From contig JBHGNT010000009.1 of assembly GCA_043228905.1 (NCBI GenBank), forward strand, positions 12,524,001 to 12,588,000: DNA of 64,000 nucleotides, written 5' to 3'. This DNA comes from Azolla caroliniana. Lineage: Eukaryota; Plantae; Polypodiophyta. The position numbers were made by a program, and so were the translations under genes. The notes under the pieces were generated by a model that ran no database searches, was not told where the DNA came from, and was given only the letters and a program-made list of their open reading frames with translations. Every line of letters starts with the position of its first letter. Position 1 is the first letter of the stretch. This document shows positions 1 through 15,000 of this stretch, piece after piece.

Positions 1-3000
1 TCCTGATGATCAGGTAGATGTTGAGAATCAAAACATTTGAAATAAATGCTTAGTGTTGATGCTGTGAGAAAATCATTGACAAGAGATTTAACAAGATATC
101 ATTTGTAACGATCACTCATTGAGTTTTTGAGGCATTGAGATATAATTCAAACTAAGTCATTGTTATTTTATCCAGCCTCCTTGCTGTGCTGAAGGTGAAG
201 AATTTTGTGGAGTTAGTGATGTCTGCCAGAACTGCACAACAGTATGTCAGCAGTAAGCCCTAAATTCTTCCTATTGTGCATATGTTCCATTAAAAGCTTT
301 GTTTTAATTTGTGAGCAGTGTTTTCTTCCTTCTGAGCTACATGGTGGACGACCATCCACGAACCAGTTCAAAGAAAAACTCCCATGGTTTCTGAATGCTT
401 TGCCTTCTGCAGACTGCAGCAAGGGTGGCGTTGGTGCCTATTCAAGAAGTATTGATCTCAATGGTATATCTTCCTGTGCTTTTTTGTTGAGTCTTCTTTG
501 AATTGGTTTTTGCATCCTTTTCAAAGAAAAGAAGACTTATATTAAGAGTAACAGTTTTGTGTCATAGAACATTATTTCTTACATCCATAGACCTCTATTA
601 ATCATCCACATAACAACCATGTACTTTTTCGAATGTGCATATAACTCATCTCTTCTGTGTCAAAGTCATTGCATAAAGCAGCCACAAATTTTCCCACGCA
701 ATGGGCAATGCCCCCAAACTTGGTAATCATACGAAATAGTTCATATGATGAGGAATAGTCACAAGGAGATGCTTGCAGTGCAAAATAACTCAGGGTATTT
801 ATACACACAAACAAGCAAGAGCAACCTTCCAATGCCTCGTGAGCAAGAAGAAGAGATTGTATTTAGCTAGATCTAAAGATCATGTGCATTGCTTGTTTCT
901 AGGACAAGAAAGTAAAAGAGCATGGAAAATGTTCATGAGAGGCAACCTACCACACAAATGACCTCACCTCAGGTCTGGCATGCAGATGCAAAGGTACTAT
1001 CTGATATCCCGGGGCAGCCTCCACCTCTCCACCCACATGGCTTGGGCCCACATAAATCCACCTTTTTTACTCCAGAAAATGTAAGAAATGCCATTCATCA
1101 ATTACAATTTGGAAGGCTCAGGATCATGATGGATTGGTGGGTGAGCACTTTATCTATGCCCATGACATCTTGCTCCCCTTGCTAGCACACATCTTTAATA
1201 GAACTATGTGTAAAGGTTTCCAGATCCATGGGTTTGTTAGAGGCAGTGGCTAGCACAATTGGAGTGAAACAGGGATGCCCACTATCGCCCATTCTCTTCT
1301 GTCTTTACATAGATGAGGTATCACATTACAAAGAAAGGTTTGGGGGTTCAGGAGCCAAATATTACTATACATATGCTGATATTGTGTTGATTTTTCACTC
1401 TCCGGAGGGACTATAAAGACATCTAAATGTCTTTAAACTATTTTGTATGGACAAAGATTTTGCGATAAACATGGATAAAATTAAAGCGACAGTGTTTAAC
1501 ACCAGTCAGGCATGGGTAACAAGATCAGAACCAGATTTCTTCTTAGGAGAGGAAAAGGTAGAATACACACGCTCCTACACATACTTAGGAGTAACATTTA
1601 CAAGGCCTAGGTTCTCCTTACGGAAGGCTGCTTGTGCTTGAGTTTCTTGTGGATATGCAGCCCTTGGTGCTCTCAAAAGACAATGCGCACATTTGTAGTT
1701 CCAAGAGCCACAAACTAAATTGTGACTATTTGATACACTTGTGATTCCAACTCTTCTCTATGGAGTAGAAACGTGGGGACCGAGTCTTCAAGGCAAATTA
1801 CTGGAAAGATTTAGAGATCCCTTTAGTGTAAATGAATGTCTGCATTGTAAGTAGCAAAGCATCGGTGCCCCATGATACAACCTGTATCCAATGTCTTTGG
1901 GAGCTTCCTAAAGGAAGGTACTCAAGTTTGGCACTTATGTCATCAAGACAACTGGCTGAACATGACGACATTCATTGTTGGTAGGCTGAAATGCAGCAAT
2001 GGTTTGAGTCACATGGCATAAGCATAAATGCACTACCCCATTCCAATATAGCTTGGACTGTCCCCATCTAAACATGATCAAAGTGGAAAAGTATAGAGTG
2101 ATCTGAACTGATATTAGCCACAAAACCTTCACGCTGCTGCATATATATGTCTTCATGCAGATCGCCATGTAAAAAGGCAGTCTTCACATCCATCTGTATG
2201 AGCTCCATATCTTCAACTGCAACTAGGCCCAAAATGGTTCTTAATGTAGTCATCTTAACTACAAGTGAGAAGATCTCATCAAAATCAACTCCATATTCCT
2301 GCTTGTATCCTTTTGCAACCAATCTTGTTTTGTACTTTGGCGAGGAATCAGAAATGACCTTCATTTTATAAACCCATTTGCATGGAAGTGTTTTCTGCCC
2401 TTTAGGCAACTGCACCAAATCCCAATTGTCATTTTTCTCAAGAGATTCCATCTCCGACAACATGGCTTTATACCATTTCTTATTGTCCTGTCTGTCCATT
2501 GCTTCCTTGAAGCAAGACGGTTCACCACAATCAGGCACCATGACATAATCAGCCACATTGTTTGCATCAGGAACAAATCTGTCAGGCTGTCTAGTAACTC
2601 TAGACAATCTCCTAACCCAATGCTCATAGTTTGGTAGCTGTTGAGCCTGCAAATCATCATTTTCAACTTGCTGTCCAGGCATTTCAGCCTGCAAATCAGC
2701 ATTAACAGCTTGTTGTTCTAGCCGTTCCTGCACATTTGGTGGCTCATCATTTTATGGCAAAGGCTGGCTGATCATTTCCAACCTCATTTTCTGCATTTGC
2801 AGGTAAGTTTACAGCAGGTGTTTGGTGCTGTACAGCGGACACATTTTTCTGTCTAAAAGGTATTTCTTCTCGGAATACAACCCTACGTACTTCCTCAGTC
2901 TTTTCGGGTTGTTTATGCATGCAATTTTCCCAGAAGATAACACCATTGCTGCGTTCTATTTTTCTTTTCTCGGGATCCCACAATTTTTACCCCATTTCAC

Positions 3001-6000
3001 CCTCGTCACCGTATCCTAGGAAAATACATTTGCAGGACTTTGGCTCAAGTTTGTTGCGTTCTTCTTTACGAATGTGCACAAAGGCCTCACAGCCAAACAC
3101 TCTCAAGTGAGCATATGAAGGTGGCTTGCCCGACCACGTTTCCCGTATCCTAGGAAAATACATTTGCAGGACTTTGGCTCAAGTTTGTTGCGTTCTTCTT
3201 TACGAATGTGCACAAAGGCCTCACAGCCAAACACTCTCAAGTGAGCATATGAAGGTGGCTTGCCCAACCACGCTTCCCGTATCCTAGGAAAATACATTTG
3301 CAGGACTTTGGCTCAAGTTTGTTGCGTTCTTCTGTACGAATGTGCACAAAGGCCTCACAGCCAAACACTCTCAAGTGAGCATATGAAGGTGGCTTGCCCG
3401 ACCACGTTTCCCGTATCCTAGGAAAATACATTTGCAGGACTTTGGCTCAAGTTTGTTGCGTTCTTCTTTACGAATGTGCACAAAGGCCTCACAGCCAAAC
3501 ACTCTCAAGTGAGCATATGAAGGTGGCTTGCCCGACCACGCTTCCCGTATCCTAGGAAAATACATTTGCAGGACTTTGGCTCAAGTTTGTTGCGTTCTTC
3601 TTTACGAATGTGCACAAAGGCCTCACAGCCAAACACTCTCAAGTGAGCATATGAAGGTGGCTTGCCCGACCACGCTTCCCGTATCCTAGGAAAATACATT
3701 TGCAGGACTTTGGCTCAAGTTTGTTGCGTTCTTCTTTACGAATGTGCACAAAGGCCTCACAGCCAAACACTCTCAAGTGAGCATATGAAGGTGGCTTGCC
3801 TGACCACGCTTCTTGGGGTATTCCCCCTCACAAAGACCTATTAGGTGACCGATTAATCAAGTGAACAACTGTCATAACAGCCTCTGCCCAAAAACCATGG
3901 GGTAATGCAGCATGAGACAGCATAGTATGGACCTTATCTTGAATAGTCCGATTCATACGCTCTGCAACTCCATTTTCGGGTTGATTATAAGGGGCAGTGA
4001 GCTCCTTGTTTATCCCTTTGCTATCACAAAATGCTTGAAAAGCCTTGGACACATGTTCCCCACCATTGTCAGAGCGAACACACTTAAGTGTCTTATCAAT
4101 TTGATTCTCAACTACTGCCAAGAATGTTCGAAACTCCACAAGACACCTCTTCTTTGTAATGTGAACACACCTCTTTCTTTGTAGGGCTAACTAATATAAT
4201 AACCTTTTTTTCTTGTGTACCAATCAAGGCAGTTGGGTACACCCAAAAATCTGTGCCTCTACTCTCATCTCTACTACAATCTTGTTTGCTGAACGTCATC
4301 AATCAATAGCTGCTCCCTCAAACATCCCTCTTTACCTGTAACTGGTATCACAGCCAAATCTCTTTCCTCTGTTTTGCTGTTTTTTTAGATTCAGAATCAG
4401 CAGAAAACACAGTTTTAAAAATAAATAAAAATAGAAAAAAATCTGTCAAACCCTTTCCTATTGGTATTCTGCTCAATTTTCTGAAGCCATCTGTCATAAA
4501 TCTTGGGAGCAATGGCCTCCACTTCAACTGAAATGAAAAACCTCTTTGAAATCAAGAGATTTGATGGAAAAGGTTTCGAATTATGGAAAGAGCGTATGTT
4601 GGGCATCCTCTTTCTGAGAGATTGTGAAGATGCTCTTGTGGAAAAGAAACCAGAGAGCATGGAAAATGATGCTTGGAACACTCTGAATAAGAAAGCCATT
4701 ACATATATTAAAGTGGCTCTTTCTTATGAAATTCTTGTAGATATAAAGTGCTTAATTACTGCCCATCAAGTTTGGGAGAAACTTAAGAAAACTTATGAGA
4801 ATACTACTCCTGTGAATCAGATGCATTTGATGAGAAAACATGTCAGTATGAGGTTTGATGAGTCGAAAGGTGCAACAGAGCATCTATCGTTATTCATAGG
4901 TACTCTCTCCCAACTACAAGATTCAGGATTACCAGCTTTTGATGACAAGCTCAAAGCTATTTTCTTACTTATGACTTTACTTGATTCGTGGGAAACATTA
5001 GTTGTTTCACTATCTAATAGCCCCACCTTGACCTTTGATGTTGTGCGGGGCGCTATTCTCAGTGAAGAGATTAAAAGACAATCTAGCGGAGAAGGTAGTG
5101 GTTTAGCATACAATATTAGGGCGAGATATGATACGAGGAACCCAAATGTAGGACAAAGAAATAGAAGTAAGAGTAGAGGGAAAGGAAAGCAACAAGATAT
5201 CACATGCTATCAGTGTGGCCGTAAAGGTCATAAGAAACCTAATTGTAGATATTTGAATATAGAACTAGAAAGGAAGAAGAATGTAGGAGAGAAGAAAAAC
5301 AAAGATGATAAATTTAATACAACAGAGAAAGCTAATATGACTTCAAATGTTATCATTGAAGACCTATCTGGTGAAGATGGTGATGTACTTTGTATTACAG
5401 GTGATGCCTTCATAGCTCATGTTCAAGACATGCAAATCACCAAAACAGATGTTATTGATGCTTTATTGTCAATCGATGATGGATTGACACAAACATGGAT
5501 AGTAGACTTTGGGGCTTCTTTTCATGTTATTCCATGTTTGGAGTGCTTTACCACATTTGACGTAGGCAGTTATGGAAAGTTTATCTTGGTAACAATAGTG
5601 CTTGCAATATTGATGGTATTGGAACCATACCCTTGTCTTTGGATAATGGTCAAGAGCTCGTGCTCAAAGTTGGTAGGCATGTACTTGGCATTAAGAAAAG
5701 TTTGCTATCTGTAGGATAGATGGATTTGCATGGTTACACCACATTATTCGGTGGTGGATTGTGGAAACTAAAGAAAGGATCTATGGTTATTGTGAAAGGT
5801 TGCAAAAAAGGCACTCTTTACTGTTTGCAATGTAAAGCTTTACCTGGAAAGTTTCTTGCTATTGCTGAATTCGACTCTCGTTTAGAGCTTTGGCATAAGA
5901 GATTAGGACATATGAGCCAAAAAGGACTTGAAGTCCTTTCTGCTTTAAAAAGATTTGATGTTAAAGGATCAAAGCTGGTTTTTTGTAATGATTGTCTATG

Positions 6001-9000
6001 TGGCAAACAAATGAGAAATTCTTATTATTCTGGTATCTCTCGTAAACCAAATGTGCTAGATTTGGTGCATTCTGATGTATGTAGCATGCTTGTAAAATCC
6101 TTGGGCGGTGCTGCATATTTTATTTCCTTTATCGATGATTATTCCTGAAGATTTGGGTGTACTTGATGAAAAGAAAAGGTGATGCATTTGATGCATTTAA
6201 ATCTTTTCATGCATTTGTGACTACTCAAAAAGGGACAAAATTGAAATGCCTCAGAACAGATAATGGGGGTGAGTTTACATCTGCAGAATTTAAGTCTTAT
6301 TGTGACTTACATGGTATTAAAAGAGAGCTTACAGCTCCATATAACCCTTCATCAAATGGGGTGGCAGAAAGATATAATAGGACCTTGTGTGAGCGAGTAC
6401 AGTGCATGCTGTCCACAGCTAATCTCCCTCATGAATTTTGGGGAGAAGCATTAAAAACCGCAGTTCATATATGTAATCATTCTCCCCACAAGTCCTTAAA
6501 GAATGGAATCCCGGAGGAGGTTTGGTCTGGCAAACCAGCCTCATATGACCATTTACGAATTTTCGGCTCTGATGCATTTGTACACATTAGAAGTGAGCTG
6601 AGAAATAAGCTCGATGCTAAGTCCACCATGGGCATTTTTATGGGCTATGGTGATGAAGGTGAAATGGGCTATAGGATTTGGTTACCTCAGTCTAGAAAAA
6701 GTGTACGCAGCCGGGATCTTGTTTTTAATGAAGAAAAATTGCTGAAAAATGCTTGTTCCTTTGTTGGGAACTCTAAGAGCGTTACATTTCAGCAATTACA
6801 GGCATCCACAAAATCTGAAAATAAACCTCATGATGTTATACCAAAGGTTGAATATGATGATCGACCGGTTATCTTTGAGACAGAAGAAGTTGGACAGCAA
6901 AGAGCTGCTCATGAAGGTATTGGTCAATGAGATGACGGTACTGAAGAACAAAATATAGATGTCAAACAACATGCTGGACATGGTTTGCAACAGCCAGAAA
7001 GTGCTGAAAATGATTTTCCTCCAGATTTAGAACCAATCCCAGAAGATACTGATCATTGGGTACGTAGGTCTAATCGTTCAAGGAGGCAATCACATAGATA
7101 TGACCCCTCTTTGCATTATGTCATGCTGTCAGATGAGGGTGAACCTCCTACTTATAAGGAGGCAATGTCATGTGAACTTAGCAGTAAGTGGGAGATTGCA
7201 ATGCAAGAAGAAATAAAATCTTTATATGCAAATGATACATGGGATCTTGTGTCCTTACCTCAAGGAAGGAAAGCACTCCCAAATAAGTGGATTTATAAGG
7301 TAAAGCAAATTGAAGGGAAACCAAAATACAAGGCAAGATTAGTTGCCAAGGATTATGCACAAAAGGAAGGTATTGACTTCCAAGAGGTCTTCTCTCATGT
7401 TATGAAGATGACCACACTTCGTGTGCTATTTGCTCTCACTGCAATGCTTAATTTGGAGTTGTACCAAATGGATGTAAAGACTGCTTTTTTGCATGGTGAT
7501 ATTGATGAAGAGATCTACATGAAACAATTTGAGGGTTTTGTAGTCCCTAACAAGGAGCATTTGGTATGCAAACTAAAACGTAGCTTGTATGGCCTAAAAC
7601 AAGCACCACGACAATGGTATAACAAGTTTGATACTTTTATGCTTTCTCAAGGCTTTGATCATAGTTATGCAGATCATTGTTTATACACGAAAAAGGATAT
7701 CGATGACAGTCCTATCATACTTGTTCTATATGTGGATGATATTTTGCTAGCTGGGAAAAGAAAGACTAGTCTTGATGCTCTAAAAGATCAATTGAAATCG
7801 GTTTTCTCTATGAAAGATTTGGGAAATGCAGAGCATATTTTGGGCATGAGAATTAGTAGAAACAGAAATGACAAATTGTTGTTTTTGTCACAAGAAAAGT
7901 ACATTGAAAAAGTGCTTAACAGATTTAATATGGCAGAAGCATAGCACAATGTGATAGGGCAGTTGTGAACTGTTAGAAATATTGAGAATCGATTAGATAG
8001 GTATATAGGGTTAGAAGCACAGAGATGGATATATGAACACAAAACTTCTATTACATATGAGAGTAGCTCACAATGGTAGTTCACTCATGCGCGCAAACCT
8101 TAGAGCTTAGATGGGATCTGGACCAGCTCACTACAAAATTAGTGGGGACTGATGATCATCACACCATTGTGTAAGAAAGTGGATTATATTTTCTCTTTGG
8201 TTTGAGTGTAACATTAAATGTGCATGTCAGTTGATAATTGGGGAGATTTTCCTTTTCTGTCAACTAACTTGTCATTTAATATGACGCAACTCCTAGATAC
8301 AAGCTAGTGCTAGATAGTACTTATCTTAAAGTACATTGTAACTTGCCCACAAAATATTCTTCTAGTTGACTTGATTAGCCAATCCTATTAGCCTACTCCG
8401 CTCTTTCCTAAATACATTGCATCCTACGCATCTACAGTTTCCTAGATTGACACCTTATTGACCCATATGGTCGAGTTGCACAATAGCTACTCCTCATTTG
8501 GGGTGCTATCACAAAATGTGCAATCTAAGAGTAAATATGGGGATAGATTTACAACTTGGGGTTGATCATTTATTACATCTAACAGAACTTCATCACATAG
8601 TGAGGTTGAGGTAGGTAGATGCATGAATACCTCTAGAAGAAAGAATTTGCTAATTGTGTCTATAGGGAGTGGAATCGGAAGAACACTATGTTTGACATTG
8701 TAGTGTTTTTTATGAAATAAGAGGGAGATACCATTACATCTTTAAACAAGGAATGGAACATGAGGACCAACGATGCCTAGGAGTTTTCTTGGTAGAACTC
8801 AAGAGACATACGGAAAAATTGTCGAAGGACAACAATATAACCGCACAAGATGAGCAACAAAGAAGAATGACGATTTTCTTTATCCCTATTACTCCTATTC
8901 ATGCTACAAGTCAATCAAGGGCTACACAAATGGGCTCTCAACGAGAACTACAATAGATCCAAGCACCATAGATAATAATCTCACCACCCTTGTCAGGCAG

Positions 9001-12000
9001 ATAAAGACCATTGTCTAGCACCATCGCAGGTTCATCCCTTGCCATAACAAATGTAGGTTCTGGCCCCATGGACCGCAATCTCAGCTTGTACTCGACAAAT
9101 AAAGGCCATTATGTCCCGCCATTGTAGGTTCTTCCCTCTCTTTGGATTGACCTCTTCATTTTGGATTGACCTATGCTAGAGATCTTTCAAGTTTCGAAGA
9201 CAAAAATTGTAATATATCTGACTTGAGAATGTTACACTATTTTCTTTATTTACTTCATAACATTTATTTACTTTGATTTATTCTCAAAGAAGAGACAAGA
9301 CTTGTAATCTCTTGTTTGGTCTTTTTGGCCATTTTGGCATCTTAAAAGATGTTAATATATCTTTCTTACTTTGTTTCTTTGTTTCTTTGTTTCTTTTGTT
9401 CTTTGTTTTTTTGTTCTTTGTATGTACCCAAGGTTGGCACTTATGTCATCAAGACAATTGGCTGAAAATGGAGACACTCATTGTTGGTATGCTGAAATGC
9501 AGCAATGGTTCGAGTCGCATGGCATGAGTATAAATGCACTACCGCCGTTCCAATATAGCTTGGACTGTCCCCACCTAAATATGACCAAAGTGGAAAAGAA
9601 TAGAGTGATCCGAACTGATATTATTAACTTGGAAAACAAGATAACATGGATCAGCCCCAAAATACCACTCGGTACAAAGATGGCCCACGATAAGACGCAC
9701 TTCTTACATACATCGGAGGATGGATTCATCATTAGGCCACCTTATATGGACATACATCTATCCTATGCGCTACGTAGTGTGATAGGGCAGCTAAGAACTT
9801 CATCACATCAGCTACAGATTGAGATAGGCAGATATACACGACTACGTTTAGAAGAGAGAATTTGCCAATTGTGTCATGAAGGAATGGAATCTGAGGAACA
9901 CTATGTTTGTCATTGTAGTGTCTTTTATGAAATCAGAGGGAGATACCATTGCCTCTTTAAACAAGGCTTTGGCCCACTACGCAAGGTAATGGAATATGAG
10001 GACTAATGATTCCTAGGACTTTTCTTGCTAGACCTCAAGAGACATTGGGAAAAGTTGTTGAAGAATACAACCACACAAGCTCATCCACAAAGAACAATCA
10101 CAACTTTCTTTAGCCTCATCACTCCTACTAATCCTACAAGTCCATCACGGGATACACAAATGCGTTCTAGACCAGGACATAACAAAGGGGTTACAATTGA
10201 TCGGGCAATAGCAATTTGCCGTGCACGTAGGCCCCGCCCCCGTGGACCATGCCCTCGACACCCTTGTCATCGACAGATAAAAGCCATTATCTCCCACCAT
10301 CGTAGGTGCTTCTCTCGTTTCGGAGACATTTCCATTCTGGATTGACCTATGCTAGAGATCTTTCGAAGACAAAAGCTACAATATACCTAACTTGAGAATC
10401 TCACATGTGCCAAAAACCAGATTCCCTCGTTTCTTCTCTTTTCATCCTATTTACTTTTATATTTACTGTGTAGTAAATATAAAAGAAATCAATCATATTT
10501 ACTGTGTAGGAAATGAGAAAGGAGATGAGATGGGTGCATGCCGGGTATTGCCCGAAGGGCTCCATTAGATGTTGAAGGGGAAGGTGATCTCTTACGTCAT
10601 TTTATAATGCAAGAAAGAAAGAAAGAAAGATATATTAATGTCTTTTAAGAGGCCAAAATGGCCTATACGACCAAACAAGAGATCAATCATATGCGAACTG
10701 CCATAGAAAGAGCCTTAAACAAGGAAATGAGAAAGGAGATGAGCAGGAAAAAGAGTGAAATATCTTCAAAAAAGGTTGAACTTGTAGCTATCTTCAAATT
10801 TTATGGAACCCTATCGTCAGAAAGATAAAAATCTAAAATAGAAAAATACAGATTTTGTGAATGATTCACAAGAATGGAAGGACTTGCGATGATTGATTGG
10901 ACTTTTGTTTAGACTCAGTAGGCTACTTTAATGACCTAAATATAAGGTTTCTTTATTCCATTCTGCAATGGAGGTCATAGAATTAACCAACATGTACTCA
11001 TCATAGGATTAGGGAAAACTATGGAAAACCTATCTCTTGATCAGTCTTGGTTATGAACGTAATTGTTTACTAATGCAGCTTTGCCATGACTAGGAAATAA
11101 TATAGTATGTACTGAAATGATCCACCACACATATCTAAAATCTCTCCACACCCTTTGGCCCCCTCCTTAGCTTCTGTATAGTAATATGTCCTTTGGCAAT
11201 GGAAACAAGATGATCTAATCTCCAATTCAGGTGACAATGCCATAGTTAAAGGACACCCATATTAAACCTGTCCTTTCACCTAGCATATGCACTTACGGAA
11301 GCATATAGGGTGCACGAAATGGTATGACATTTTGAAACAAAATGACTTATCTCTTAGCTTCTAGTTTCACCTCTTTTGAGTGCTAGTTTGCTCATCTTAA
11401 CTCTTTCAGTATATGGTAAAAGGCAAGGAGTTGGGCGTAATCTTGAGATCATTAGAGACTAGTTTTGGAATTGGTGATCTGCATTCTTAGGAATGTATGT
11501 TGGGTGCACATCCTTTCAGTATGGAGGTTTTCTGTTCATATTAATTACTATTATCCAAACTTAAACATGAAGTATTTAATAATTAAAGTGTATTAATCTG
11601 GATATGCTGATTGACAGGTTTTGAAAGTGGCATTATTAAGGCATCTGAGTTCCGTACCTATCACACTCCTTTGAATAAACAGGCAAGAAAGATTTCCTAA
11701 ATTCTTTGCAAATATGCTGGAAAAATATTAGAGTCAGAAATAGTGTAACAGTTACTTGTAACAAAATACGTGATGTCCGGAGTAGACCTTTAAATGGAAT
11801 GCATGAAAGTCTTATGTCAAGTCAATATCCAATTCATATTTCATGATCTGATAATACAATGATAAATTGAGCCTTGGTTATTTGTTGCATTTATATGTAT
11901 TAAGTGTTTGTGTAAGACCAAAATGCATGTGCTACTCGAGCAGTGCTGTGGAAGATGAACCAAGGAAAATGTTGTTGGAGAGGAATCTGCAATGGTGTTG

Positions 12001-15000
12001 TTTGGAGCCTTTAGGAGTGTTGTCTACCCTTCTGTGGGGTCCTCTCATTGGATGGCCTCCTGTAAATTCTTTCGTGTGGTGCGTCGTGGAAAAGGGTATT
12101 CATGGATTGAATGGGTGCTTATCCAACAAATGGGCGCTCTTGCTTTGGGCACTTGCACAATGAACCAATGCTCACGCAAAGAACAGGCGCTCACAAAGGA
12201 CGATTGCGCAATAAAGTGGCACTCATGGATTCGAAGGGCCGTTCGTGAATTCAAACCCTTCTTGTGGTCTCTCTTGACAATGCCACAAATCAACAATCCA
12301 CAATCCACTCTCTCACCCAACACCTAATAATAATCCTAAAATGAAGACAAAGAAAACCCTAAAATGAGGTAAAGAGAATATCGAAACCCTAAAATCCAAG
12401 AAGAGGAAGAAGATGCTCACATGTTCTCCCCAAAACACCACAAGTTCTCATATTTACATATTTGCTCTGTTTTTTGTGACTGTCCTTTTCCCCCTTTTCC
12501 TAATTAGCCCCCTTTGGACCTGCCACGTCATGACAATGTATGGGACCAAACCTACAACCATCCTAACCTCAACCAAAATTGTGCATGATTTTTAGCTAGA
12601 TAAACACAAACCTCCACATTTGTTTGAATGGGTGTAAAAGAAGAGAAAACATTGTGACTCTTCATTTGAGTTAATCAGCAAGCCACAGGTACATAGCTGG
12701 AACACAGCCATTTTTTATGATATTTATCACAAAGCTTGCGTATCTGATTAATTGGTCACTCTTTGGATGATTGATGCAAATAATTTCTGCAGTTCAAGCA
12801 AAATAATTGATTCCCTTTGTTCTGTTTGCAGAGTGATTTCATCAATTCGATGAAAGCTGCTCGATCATTTGCGTCACAAATGTCTGAATCACTTAAGGTA
12901 AAAATAGATACATATAATAAAATGTTAGTGAGCTGTGATATTGTTATTTTGTTTGGTTCATGTTTTTTTACTGACAAGTTGTTTTCGTCGTGAAGATGAA
13001 GATATTTCCATACTCAGTTACATATATCTTTTTTGAACAATACTTGGACATCTGGAGAACAATGTTTCAGAGTCTTGCCCTTGCATTAGGTAAGAATTTG
13101 CTTGCGTTTTCACTTCTGTAACTTTGTGTTGTTATTTTCTTCAGGCTTAAGATAGTAAAAACCAAAACGTTTTTATGAACTTTGCTGCACAGGAACAATT
13201 TTTGCAGTATGCCTTATCATAACATGCAGGTAGATTAAATCTTTATGTCATGATGATATATAAATCATTAGTTTAAATGCATAAGAAACTGACAAAAGAT
13301 TTCATTTTTCCTTTTTACAGTTTCTGGCAATCGGGTATAATAATTACTGTTTTGGCAATGATCGTGACTGATATATTGGTAAGACATAACCATGTTATAA
13401 CTTTAATCAATGGAACGCTTGGATTTTACCCCCTTTTCTCAATGTTTGTATATAATTCCCCCCCATGGTTTTCAAACAGTACCGGAATGCCCCTCCCTGA
13501 ATACTATTGCACAGTATGCTTGTAATTAGCAATGGCACGGTTTCGGCTCAAACCGAACGGAACCGTTAAGCCATGGTTTAACGGTTTATTGGTTCCAAAA
13601 AAAATTAATGGTTTGGATTTTCGATAAACGGTTCAGTTTTGGTTTGGTTCGGTTCTACAACTCAGGTTTATAGGTTTAAAGGTTTATAGTCTTTTGGTTA
13701 ACTTTTTTTTTATCTTAATAATTTATTAATTTAATGGTTTGATTAATGGTAATTTATAGATTTACTTAATTTAACTTGAATTTCTATTTAATTTAATGGT
13801 TCAATTAAAGTTTCTTTTATTGATTTAATAAATTTAGCTTAAATGCTTATTTAATTTAATGTTTTTTTGTTTATTTAGATGTTTAATTAGTTTGAAATGT
13901 TTTTATTTAATGGTTCGGTTTGGTTTCAACTGTTCTCTAAATGATTTAGTTTACTTTTTCTTAAGTAGTTTGGTTTAAATACTCGAGAGTTCATAAACAG
14001 TTTGGTTTGGTTTTTGTTTTATATAAACGGTTCGGTTTCTTTGCCTTGAAACCGAACTGAACCAAAACCGAACCGTAAAATATGTGCTGTAAAATATCTG
14101 GAACATTTGTGGTATCTTGTAGTGTTTTTATTTATTTTCCCTGTAAAAACACCAAGACTTAATAACTTATATATGTGCAGGGTGTGATGTCATTTATGGA
14201 TGTGCAATTGAATGCGATTTCAGTAGTCAATTTAGTAATGGCGACCGGCATCGCAGTGGAATTCTGTGTACATCTTACACATGCATTCATGGTAGAATTT
14301 CCCTTCGTTGTTGGTTGAAATTAGGATGGTGTGTTTTGCTCATTATGGATATTGATATCAATGTTAATGTCATTCTCTTCTTGTGTTTATTCTTCGTTGA
14401 GTTATGGAACAACAAATTCATTTGCACAGATCTTAGAAGGTAGCCGATCAGAGCGAGCTAGCAAAGCTTTGTCAACCATGGGGGCCTCTGTGTTTAGGTG
14501 AGAGCCATTCAATTTCAGAGATATATGGATAATTCAGATTTAGATATCATCGTTATTCTTGTTTATACGTAATTTTCTTCTTGTGATGTACATTTGAATT
14601 TTATAATATTTTTTTCAAAATCTGTAAATGAAACCCAGTTTTCCTTTCATATATTCATATGTATTTACATTGTTTTCACAGTGGGATAACAATAACAAAA
14701 CTTGTTGGTGTGCTGGTCCTCTTCTTTTCACATTCCAAAATATTTGAGGTAAAATTCCATTTTCTCCTTGAAATTGTAGGTCTATGTGACAGCATTGGAT
14801 GGAGAACATCGATGTAGATAATATGTGGTTATATGTACACATACACACATGTGTCTTTCACAATCCCTATAAGTAGATAGTTAGACAGTTTTTACAGTGT
14901 GGTATGTGTGCGTGTCTTTGGTTATATGGTAGAGTTTTGCACCATCATATTCACTTCTTATGGTATGTAAGTTTTGTGCCATCGTGCTTCTTATCTTTAG

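Noticed and set aside
3009-3812. Regularly spaced repeats resembling a CRISPR array (also 42550-43475 and 45691-46688)
   Set aside because: Whole units repeat with no unique spacers, no cas genes, and a eukaryotic context.
11867-12595. Short ORFs in the NPC1 GC-AG intron
   Set aside because: No recognisable motifs or splice support; probably TE debris.
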